A stretch of DNA of 53,652 bases from Phoronis australis (lineage: Eukaryota > Animalia > Phoronida): assembly GCA_002633005.1 (NCBI GenBank), contig NMRA01001112.1, forward strand, positions 1 to 53,652, written 5' to 3'. The notes under the pieces are model-generated. The model was given only the letters and a program-made list of their open reading frames with translations, ran no database searches and had not been told where the DNA came from. This document shows positions 35,201 through 47,200 of this stretch, one piece after another; the first letter of the stretch is position 1; every line of letters starts with the position of its first letter. The position numbers and the translations under genes are program-made.

Positions 35201-38200
35201 TCAGCTGTTTTGGAGCAAGTTTCACTTGGGCAGTTACTCCTCTGGACCCGCCTTTCAATACTGTCTATTTAGGTCACTTCCAACCAAAGTTGTTTATAAA
35301 ATCTATCACTTACATAGGCCTATTACCAGCAGCATCAGGCGGTGTATGCGCATCAGCAACAACAATCCTATTATCAGCAGCAACAGCAACAGCAACAAGC
35401 TTATTATCACGAGCAACAATGCCAGCAGCACCAGCAGCTGCAGCTGCAGATGCAACAGGAAGCTGAGTTGAAGCAGAGACAGGAGTTGCAGAAACAGCAA
35501 GAGCAACAACGCTTGCAAGAGCAGCTAGAGGAGGAAAAGAGGAGACGGGAGCACGAACAACGACGGCAGCAGGAGGAAGAAAGAAAGAAGAAAGAGCAAC
35601 AAAGACTGGAGGAAGAAGAGAAACGAAGGCTGCAGCAAGCTGAAGAGCAACGGAACTGGGCAAAGACGCAGGAGCAGCAATGCTTACGGAGGAACGAGAA
35701 AGATCGGCTAATGGAAGAGCAACGGAAGTTTGAGGAGGAAGAGAAGCAGTGGCAGCAGCAGGCTGCAAAACTGCAGATACGCCAGGAGAAGCTTGGACAG
35801 CAGCTCTTGATGAAGCAGGAGCAAGAAGGAGAGGCGGAGAAGCAGCAGAAGGAAGTGGAGGAGAAGAAAAGACAGGAACAGGAGCTTCAGCTAGAGGAAC
35901 AGTGCAGGAAGCGAGAGGATCGAAAGAGGCAGGAGGAGCGCAGGAAGATGGAGGAAGAGAAGAGACAGCAGCAGCATTGGGAAAAAGATCATAAAGAGCA
36001 GTTAAAACTGTTGGAGAACTTAAAGAAAAATGAAGAGTTGCAATGGCGGGATGAACAACAGGCAGGCTGTGTTTGTGTTTCAAGATTTTGTGTTGTGTTG
36101 AGAATGAGCAGTTACGTTTCTTTACTAACATCAATAAAAATTCACTTTGCTCATTCATTTCCCTGTCATTTCTTTCAGACATGACAATTGAGTGTTTTAC
36201 TTCCAAGTCCTTCTTGAAGTCTTCTGTAGCTTTGACATTTTTTGTGTTTCACTTTGGAATCGTTGGAATTTGTCACCGATGTAGTTATTCAGTCTGTACT
36301 TACTCCATTTCAGTTGTAGCACTCATATCGGCGCCAGTTCTGTTGAATGCATAATTTATTTTATGACGTTTCTTTTGCAGATGACAGACATTGCTAAATT
36401 TGTTTCTGTCTAAGACACAGATAATGTCTATAGGGGGCACCCATGAATTAGCTCATCTGTTTAATACATCACAACATCTAGCATTGTTTCACTTAGTGTT
36501 TGTAGACAGTTTCTATTTTGGTCTGTTATTTCCTGCATAGCATTGGCAACAACATCATAACCAACAGCAGTTTCAGCAGCAGCAACAGCAGCAGCCGCAG
36601 CAACAACAGCAGCAGCCACAGCAACAACAGCAGCACATGCAGCGGCAACAGCAGCACATGCAGCAGCAACAACATGGACTAAAACAGCAACAGCAACCAC
36701 AAGTCCACACATCTGGTGTACATCAACAAGCGCAGACTGATACCAGTCATCATCAACAGGTGGCAGGCCAGACTAGTTCCAGCCAAGAGCATGACCCTGA
36801 GCCACAGGTCAGCTGGCTGTTATGACGGCGTTGTCGTGCATGCCCGGCTGTGGATTCTTTGCTGTTGTTCATAGATGTTACAACATCACTCGCTGTGCTC
36901 TCGGTATCTTTAGACACGGTAGAGCTTATCGGTCTTTTTGTCTGTTTATGTCTTGAGTTTATTTAATGCCGCCACTGTTCATAATTGATGTGGAACAATT
37001 TAGTGCTGTTGGAGATAGATTATGCTGATGCAGCTGTAGTTGCATGTTGCTGTCTCAGTCTCTAGATGGTGTCCGTGTAATGTAATACCTTGGGAACCAC
37101 GCCATGTGCTTTGGAAATCACACCATGTGCTTTCTAGTCATGTGCAGTTGCTTTTTGCACTCTGTGCATGTTTGAGTGAAGAATTCTAAAGACTTCCTTG
37201 AGAGCTTCAGTCATTTCAACCTATTCCTTAATCTTGCTATCCCATTTTGCGACTTGAGGCAGCCTTTCTGACGGTGATTTGTTAATTTTGATAGAGGTAC
37301 TAAAACAAAGATTTAGTTTTATCTTGTATTTCCTTTTTCTTAAACAAATTGGTTGATGTGATGAAAATTAATTAAGATTTTTTACCTTGTGTCTTCTCTA
37401 AAATTTCTCGTGTGCTTGAACATTACTTGGCATATGAGGAGAACCCAGAATGGTTAGTTCAGTTTGGGACCAACAGATGTCTCTCACTACTGCATGCTAT
37501 ATAATACGCATTTGATGCTTCATTAGTGCTCCTTACTGTTGTACGTATATTTTATGTTTGAGTTATTCCATAAAGGTGACTCATAGACCAGAGAATAGCA
37601 TAAAAGTAATTTGTAGATTATTGAAGTGAGTGTCCCCTTAGACTGCTAATATCCCATTCATAATATAGACCACAGTCTTCTAAGCACATAAAAGAATAAT
37701 TATTTAATATCTGGATTTTTAGCAAAAAATATCTGCGTGAGAACATAATGAACTCAAAATTTGTATTTGTCAGAATGAAAATTATGTAACTCGGTTCGCT
37801 CTAGATCAACCAATGACGCTGCAGGTTTTTGCAGGAGTTTTTCCTGCTCATGTATACCCCCACCTGTCAGTACTGCTTAGCTTTGCCCTGACCCTGTGTT
37901 GAACAACCACCCCTACCTAACTGATGGAATCTTCCAGCCTCAGACAGCCTCGTCAGCGCGGTCGGCTCAACTCATACAGATGAGGGACATCAACGGACGA
38001 GAGACCGCACAGAAGAGCACAGTTACATCTGACGACGACGACGCTTACAGTGAAGACTTTGAGTCCGACTCGGACAGCATGATGGTAGGCGCAATATTCT
38101 AGCAGGTGTCACCTGTTCCGTCATATCCTCTGCAATTGGTGACTGTATGTTTCCCGATTGGCGTGTTTGTCTTTATTGCTGCTGTGTTTTAGGTAGCTGT

Positions 38201-41200
38201 AGGTAGTGCGTTGCTAACAGTCTGTTTCCTGTGAAATTTTTTCTCCTGTGTATTTATTTAGTGACACTCCGTCACTTTTCCGCATCACCGCATCTCCCAT
38301 AATGCTCCAGATCTGTTGGTGTGTTGCCTCGGTCATGGGAAGTTTTCCTTTTGATTTGGAAAACCAGTTTGCTCTGCCAGACAAATTGTCAATCATTTGT
38401 TTATTTGGGTTCTATGAAGTACACTGATTTTCTTAATTGTAGAATGACTATTTGCAGGCAACTCAATTAATTTAATTGGTTTTCCGTAGGTCATAATATT
38501 TGGACGATGTTTCGCTTTCAATCAAAACATATTCATTATTAAAAACAGCAATGTGACTGGTTTTGAACTTGGATAAATGTCATATTCTAGTCGAATATTT
38601 TCAGCAGGATCTAATTTGAGAAATATTGCATTGGCAATTCCGCTGCTGCTGTGTTAATGGTCGTTAAGGCATTGTGTGTTTTCCTCGAAATTTGTGACTT
38701 ATGCAGACTCGTACCTGCTGCATGTTTAACAGTTTTGGGTGGAGCACTTGTCTCGTGTATTTACTTTTGTCATAACCAGTCTTTCATCCATGCAGGGTGG
38801 ACTTTGGAACTTGGCGCTAGATGAGGTTAAATTTTTGTTTATTCAGTAAGATATTTTTCATGAAGCAGTATCACAGATCGCATGGAAATGCTGACTCGTC
38901 TGTTCGCTGAAGTGTCCAGGGAACAGTTTAGAACCTCAATGCACCTCCAGTGAATTGTAATGTACAAATTGTAAGTTAAGATTTGGACCAGTTACTGGTC
39001 TTGACTTGAACCATACTCTGATAAGAACTAATTGTTGAACTTTGGAAGAACGGACGAATTCTTTTCCACAGTAGATCGAGTTTGGTGTGTTGGAAATGAT
39101 AATTGTTAGTATAAGCACTTCATGAAATGTTCTCGTCAGTCATTGAGGATAAACTGGCTCCATGCTGCTTCATCATAAGGTTAAACACAAAAAGATTATC
39201 AACTTTGTCACTACTCCACTCACTTCCGTCAGTAGTGCATTCATGTGCCAATAGGGGTCAGCATTGACGTGCGATCAGTCTCCTCAGCTTCGTCATCATT
39301 TCCGATAGTGTGTGGACCCATGCATGGCTTTACTGAACCTGCACCGTCTGCTCTTTCCGTCTGCACTAGTAAATACTGAAAGTTAAATACTTAGAAAATA
39401 CGAAAACAAAAATCATTGGGTGCTTCATTCGGTATTTTAAAATCTGACATTTTTGCAGAAAAGTAACATTACTCACGCCTTTGAAATTTTATGTAGAAAA
39501 TAAATCTGAAACTAAATAAGGCGATCCAGATCCTCACAAGGATACTATTGTTTCACAAAATGTAGAATATAAATGGGTAAATAAAACAACAAGAATGGAT
39601 CAACTGAAATGTCATGAAAAATAGCAAGTTGGTACTTTCAAATAGTTAGCAAAGCTACATGTAACAAATCTGCGAGTCGTATTTATTTGATTTCACTGCC
39701 AAGAGTGTTCACTTGATGTCTAATTAGCAACCTAACTCTGCATTGGCGTTGTACTGATTTTCCCCATAGTGCTTTACCCATACTTGCTTGTCTCTGTGCT
39801 GGGTGCGTGTTATCAAGCCAATGAGCTTGAAATACATTTTCTCTTATATGCGTAAGAGTTATCAGTCCGTGTACACACAACCTGTTGGTCACATCATGTA
39901 ACCTAAAGTTCAGTCTGAAAAGATTTTTGTCCTGTCCGGGACTTGACGAGTTCGAGTCCCAGTCCTGCCAACCGTGCAGACCTTCGAGTCCACTGAGCTA
40001 TCAAGACGACTAGTTGAAAGCAGAAATCCAAAATAGCTTTTAGAAGCCATCTGCCCCCAACTAAGGGAGTGCATATAATTTTGTTGTTACACATCACAAA
40101 CGTGTTCTGTAATAGTTAATATGCTGTGTCATGTTTCTCTAACTTCTCACTATAATTTACAGTCTCATCATTACTTTGCATCCCTCTCTGTGGTGGCACC
40201 AATTTAATAAGAAATTTTCAGAGGATTGCACTGTGCATTGCATTGAGCCTGTTGCCATTTTTGCTGCAGAAATCAGACTCAATTTGTGAGAAGCCCTACA
40301 AGTTGTGCACTTGCATGGTACCGCAATATACACCGCATGATGTTTGTCTCTGTTTTAATTTTATGGGAGCCTGATTCTATCTGTGCCACTAACATTGAAT
40401 TTCACACCTTGATTCATAGGTGACCGTAGGAGGTGTCAATGCATGTCCCAATGAAGGATTCACGTTTCATGTTGGGAAATGCTAATAAAAGTAGTGTGGG
40501 TATCGCATGCACAACTTTGCTTACTGACCAAATGCACTTGTAAAGTGTGAACTAGTTGTTGTTTGTGTTAAAGTTTCACAGGGCAGGTTATGCTACCTCA
40601 AAGAGTGGAGCTTTTTGTACCCACAATGCTCCTGGGTCAGACATGGCTGGCCAGTTTTACTGCATACTACTTATGCTATCTCAAGGAGTGGAGCTTTTTT
40701 ACCCACAATGCTCCTGGGTCAGACATGGCTGGCCAGTTTTACTGCATACTAAGTGTGCTTGCGTAAAAGCAGCATCATTTATTGGTCTAACAAAAGTTAT
40801 TTGAGATCGTTCTTAGGAAGACTGTTCATTTTGATCAAGCTACTTAAAGGTGCTACGAACCTGCAGTCATCTCAAGAATACAATTTCTGATTTAGACCGC
40901 GTTACAAAATTGGTCTCAAATTGTTAGTTAGACAAATTAAAGGTAGTTTCAGGTCTTGAATTAACTGACAATTCATGATTGACTGAGACGAGGCTGCAGA
41001 TACGTTGGCACGTCAGTTTGTCATTTTATGTACGGAGCATGATCTTGAGGGAAACGAATATGGTCAGTTTATTACCAGACGAGTAATTAATTCTCATCTG
41101 AGAAAATTTAAGACCAATTTTATAGTGTCACATGGTGTAAATCAAAAGTTTGCTTCTTTGACAGAACACTGGTTTATAGCCTCTGCAGTTTTTCAATTGG

Positions 41201-44200
41201 CTTGTCTTTTTGCATTGGTCTGTAGCAACTTGCTAAATAATAATTTCTGTTATTGATAATCCGTGGTTGAAAAGAGCAGGCAAATTTACTTCCTGAATTT
41301 CAGGGGGCATCGACTTTGCCCCATTTGACCAACAGTAAAACTATTTATCACTGTCATGTTGTTTTGTTCCATAGAACCATGAAATAATTACAGTCTGCTG
41401 AGGTTCAAGACAGACGTCAGCCAGGTTTGCCTGGTTCTTCTGGTTGTCTAGCACCTGACACTCAGAAATGATCTGATTTTTTGGTGTGACTTGTTTTTCC
41501 ACTTGTAACAAATAGTATTTTTGAGTTTAAACTAACAAATATTTAAAGTTTTGTTTATTAATTATACTGACATTCATTAACATAGATAGACATTTTTAAT
41601 AGTTAGACATCTCACTTAGCTAGGCATCTGTAATGGGTAGATATGTTCAATGCCTTTGTATCAAAAGTTGATTCGATCCCTCAATGCGATGCCAGCTTTG
41701 CATTCTTACAAATGCGTTGTAACACAAGCCTAAAGCTTAGACTGAAATGAACTAAACTATAAAACATTAATTTTGGAACTGNNNNNNNNNNNNNNNNNNN
41801 NNNNNNNNNNNNNNNNNNNNNNNNNNNNNNNNNNNNNNNNNNNNNNNNNNNNNNNNNNNNNNNNNNNNNNNNNNNNNNNNNNNNNNNNNNNNNNNNNATA
41901 ATTTTCAGATACTTTTCTGCCCGTTTTTTAACAATCTTCACCAAATCATGAAGAAGACCATCTCTAAGGTTTGAACAAGAGTTCAGCTACCTTTGATAGC
42001 TGTAGTAGCTCTTGACTGTATCTCACATAGAAACGTCGGCCATGATTGTCGGCCATGATTGCTGTTTTTCCATTTGTCCATTTTTCAAAGGCTAATCAGC
42101 TTGTTGCAAGTGATATAAGTTTTTGCAAAATGTTACTTCATCACAACTTCTACACTGCAGAAACCGAACTAAACCTGTCCTAATCTTTGTTTTTCTAGAT
42201 AAATGTTGCCATATTTTGTAATAAATAGTTCTTGGTAGAAATTTTGAATGTCAGTCGCAGTTGTTTTCCTCACTAATTTTAGAATAGAATTTTTGCAGCA
42301 CTTTGACTAAGTTTAGATAAAAAATCACAGGTTGTTCGTTTACTATTGTCAATCAGTATGAATGAAGAAGCATATTTAGTCTGTTCTCTTGCCGTGTCAG
42401 ACCGAAGCACCCTGACCAATCATGCTGGGTTATTTTTCATCAGTGTATGAGTTTCAATAGATTTGTTTCAGTGATGCAGTAGTCTCATGTTTAATCAACA
42501 AAAATTCAATGTCCCTGGTCCCTGGTTTGTTATATTTCAGTGAATACAATGATGAAAGTAAGACAAGAGCAGAGCTCCTCTCTATGGGGTACCAGAAGGT
42601 CACTCCTCAGGTGAGTAGGGAAAGCAGTGTAATGACCTACGTTTGCTCACCTCAAACAATTCTGTAGAACTCTTTAGCGTATTAAAAGGATTAAAGTGGC
42701 GTATACGTTATCCAGCGTCATTTCGTGTGAGAAGACAGAGTTGGCAAGCTGATGTCTGCTTTTTGTAGGAATGGTTTGAACATCTCTCTGTGTGTTAACA
42801 GCACAATAAGTCCAAAACGTTTAAACAAAATGCTGCCAAATTCCACTGTCTCCCTTTTCTACTCGATTCTAATGCGCGTGTCAACTGCAATGCATGCTGA
42901 GATTTTACGCATGCCCTAGCCAGTCCAAGAACTGTCCAGGAGTGCAATAAACTGCCCATGCTTTGAATAATTTGCTTACAAGGAATCACGCGGGTATTTT
43001 CATGTCTGCTCCACCAGTCTTATTCGGAGCAGCTTGCACTAGGATCAAAGCGAGCGCGGTTCTGACTTGGGCGCAGCTGCGATGACGGCATTGTCCTGTG
43101 CGAGCAAGACTCAATTAAGTGTAATTACCTTAACATAAACTGTAGTAAACATCTCTGTCTTCACGTACTGGCGAATTTTCAAAATGCATAAACCCACAAT
43201 TTCCATTAAAAATAAACAGCACAACAGTATTCAGCTGAAAAAAAAATAATAGGGTGTTCAATTTTTTTGCCTTCACATATTTTACACTTTATTTGAAAAC
43301 ATGTAAACATGAAGTATTAAAATATTTCATGTTTACATGTTTTCAAATAAAGTGTAAAATATGTGTTTAACTGACTTCGTGCATGTGAAAGTTCACGTTA
43401 TATTTGACGGGACCAGTTGAACGAGCAATAAATGTGACCAAGTATGATAATGTGTGTGGTTGCATTCCAAAAGCAGTTTATATTATGGGTTGTGGGTTAG
43501 GGGTGGGTGTGAAAACAGTGCCTTTATCCTCGATACAGTGTCACCTATGTCTCGCACAGAGAGTATGCCCTAATGGAGACGGCAGATTGGGCTGTAATGC
43601 AAGACTGTGCCGGTAGACTGCATCCCTTGGGCTGTGTCTGGTAGGCTTTGCCCAGTAGGCTGTACCCTGTGGGCTGTCCGTTGAACTGTGTCCGATAGAT
43701 CGTTTCTGGTAGACTGGACTCATTGGTATTTGGTGTTTTTGAGGGCCTTCGATTTCAGCTGTTTTAACAGCAAATAGTGTGCTGAAATGGTTGTTCACAA
43801 TACATATAGTTCTGTTTATTTTTCCTGGAAACTTGCAGCCGAAGAAAACTTATGGGCAACCGGTGGCAAATCAACATTCGAAGCCTTCTACGTCACAGCA
43901 AGCAAAAACCCACACTCCATCAGAGGCAGACAAACAGAGACGTAAGTTACCGCGAGTGGTCATGTAACACTGCTGTCTCCATGGTTACCTGTGGTTATGG
44001 AGATATGTAAACAGGAGAGTTCATTCGCTCATAAATTGTGAGTTACTTTGCTGGCTTATATGTGCAGTATTGGTGGGGGACAGGGTGATAGTCTGAAGAA
44101 CGTTTGGTTAAAATCTTGTTTTTGTGGGAAAATTAAGTGGTGCGATGAAAAACTTAGAATATATTCAGAAATTCTCATGAAAAATGAAACGATGCGAATA

Positions 44201-47200
44201 GGAACCATGTGTCTGTATGTTACTTTTTTAGTCGCACCATTGCATGATTTTTGGGTTATTTGCATGAAACTGTGCGCAATGGTGCAAGCTTTGTGCTCAC
44301 TTATCCTGCATCATCTACAAGCTCATTGTGATACAATTCTTGCTCTCATTATCCTTTAGAAATTTTGTTATTCTACGACAATTTTTGGGAAGGAAAGTTG
44401 CAACACCACCCAGCACTGTGTTGACACTCTTACAGAATGCAGAACATACAATTTCAAAGGTGAAACCAATGTTTTTTTCTTCTTGTTCCTGGAAACAGTT
44501 CAGAACAAGTTGGCGGGAGAGTTTAAGACTTGTTCTGCCGCTGTTGTCAAGATGGCGCTGGAGTCTTCTATGTATGATGAGGGTAAAGCAAAAGCTGTGC
44601 TGAAAATGATGACAGAGGACGCGAAGAAAACGTGAGTTGCGTATTGGCCAGTCATTTTTAGACAATTTATTAAACAAAAAGGTGATGGTTACATGGTTAA
44701 AACACAGAAGGTGTTCAATGTCTTTAGGAAGTTCACTCAAGCCTGGTGTGAACTTCCTAATGACGTTAAAGACATTCTGACGCTTTCTAGTTTAAACATC
44801 AAACTAGCACCTTTTCGTTTAATAAATTGTCTAATAGTGAGGGTAACATTTCTCCCTATCATTGATTTTTAATTTTATTTTTTCTATTGCATTTGCTACG
44901 TTTGTTGTTTTAGTCTTTCATCTTTATTTGTGATTGTCATTTGTGTATTTACATTAATTTTATTTGTATTTTATTCCATTTTTGTAAGTTTATTTTTCGT
45001 CTCTTTTTAGTTTAGACCCCAAGGGAAATAAGTCTCTGACTTTTTGAGCTATCCATGTTCCCTCTTTGTACTTGTATTTAGTGTAACTTGTATTTCATTT
45101 TTTTGTATTTCCCACACTTGTGTTAGCTAAATACAATGTGGACGATGAACTGTTGTATTGTGCGAGCGTTGAAATATCACCCCACCCACAGCCTCAAGTG
45201 AAGAGAAAACGAGTTTGAGATGATGTAACATGCCAAAATTATATTCTGTGTTTTGCGTACTGTTTTGGATCACATGTTTAACTTTCACATATCTTTTTGT
45301 TCTTCTTTGCTCTGCATCTTCTCTCATCAAATAAATTTGTATTAAACGTGTTACAATGGTGAAATTGATATCAACTCATTCATTATCGAAGGTAGTTGTG
45401 GTTTGTTGGCTTGTGAAGTGCTGGCGGTGGTTATAGGTTCAAATCAAACTGAGTATCCTGGCTTGTCATGGCAGGTCATCTTTCCAAGCCCTGTCGGAGT
45501 GTAGGCATTAAGCTGTGTCCAGTACTGTAGCATTGAGTGGTATTAATTAAGCCAGTTTCTTTTTCATGTTAGTCTGGTTTATAGCAGTTTTAAATGCACA
45601 ATTCAGGATTATTGTAATATATAATTATATAGTTAAGGGGTTACATTGCGTTATTTTACTGAGGCACTGTGATACACTCGCTTGTCAAATGTTGTTCTCC
45701 GCTCTCAACTCTTGTGGTTGACGGTGCTCTGTACATTTTCCAAAAATTTTCAAACAGAAGCAATCCATTTAGCAACCTGTTGTTGCGAAGGTGCTTTTTT
45801 GACATTGAATATGGCTTTGTTTGTCTGTAACAGAACTACGAAACATACAAGCCCACCACGGCAGACTACACCTACCCCTGCTGCTGCCCCCGCAAGAGTC
45901 TCATCACCACCTCGGTCTACTACTACTACTTCTACTGCAGCGCCATCTAGGGACATTAACCTACCGTCGGAGATACCTAGGTACGAATTATCCTCTGAAG
46001 GCTGTGACGATACAGTGTCACCTATGTCTTTATTGCCAGGCCCCCTCTAGTCACCACACAGTGGGTTTCAGTTAAGGTGACTGCACTACGTCTGCTTTGC
46101 ATTAAACTTCTGGATTGCATGATGTCAGCTAATTAATTGTTAACCCAGCATAAAATCCTTTGATGCGTCCACTCAGTCATTTTGTTGTAAATCAAAAATT
46201 CACATGAGCAAGCTTGGATCCTGGTGGGATCCAGGGGAAATCCTGAGGAGAGATCTACACGAGGGTTCCAGAGAGAGGATCCAAAGAGGATCCAGTGGGG
46301 AAGATGCTGAGGGAGAATCCTGAGGGTATCCAGACGGAGTTTTTTAGGGGAATCCTGAAGGGAGATGCCTCAAGCGGGTTCCAGAGCGAAGCTGTAGTGG
46401 AGAGATTCAGTGGGAGGGGGGCTCATAGAGCGACCCTGAACTGTCTGTCTAGATTATTGTTGACCACTTTTTGTATAGCTGTACTGGAGGCATATGTAGT
46501 GCGTTTTCAGATGGGATCCAGGCAAAGAACCCGAGGGGGGGGGCTCGTTTACAGAAGGGTCTAGACCATTGTTAGCTACTGTATAGCTGTATTAGAGGCA
46601 TGTGAAGTGTCCCCTATGTCTTTTTTGCCAGGCTCCCTTTAATCACTATTCTGGATCTCCACGTCATGTCTGGATGATCCATAGAGCTACTAATCCATTA
46701 AGGAAATGATCTGTAACCTTCATGTTAATAATATTCCGTATTATGCAAGTGAAAATATGTACGAATTCCAACATTTTCAGAAACTTTAAATTTCAATCGC
46801 AAGATGTATCGATGCTCACCAAAACAATTTTCAATTTTTTAAATCTTGTTTAAATTAAAAAGTAACATTATGTAATGATTCTGTTCGTCACATCAACATG
46901 TTTCGAATTTTGCTGTCGGTATTGTTGATTTCTTCCCATACTACCAAATCCCCACATGTCCTGATATCCTATAATTCCTGATCCAAAATGGTGGTGTAGG
47001 CAGTGTGGTTAAACGTGGCTAATACCATTCCCGTTTTCTAAATGTAAACTAATTTGTTGTTGTACTTGTGTCCAAAATTTTGCCATCAACATAACACTAT
47101 TTCTAAAGCATAGGATATCCTACAATGGAAAACCAAAAAGTGCATTTTTCATTGCAGATATTTTAAACTTTCATCCAAAGAGAAATGTATGCTCAATATC

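Noticed and set aside
35310-36206. 298-aa minus-strand ORF and other alternative frames
   Set aside because: Shadow of the CAG/GAG-rich exon
39930-40005. tRNA gene (minus-strand TAGCTCAGTGG A-box)
   Set aside because: B-box degenerate and no cloverleaf; at most a decayed SINE head
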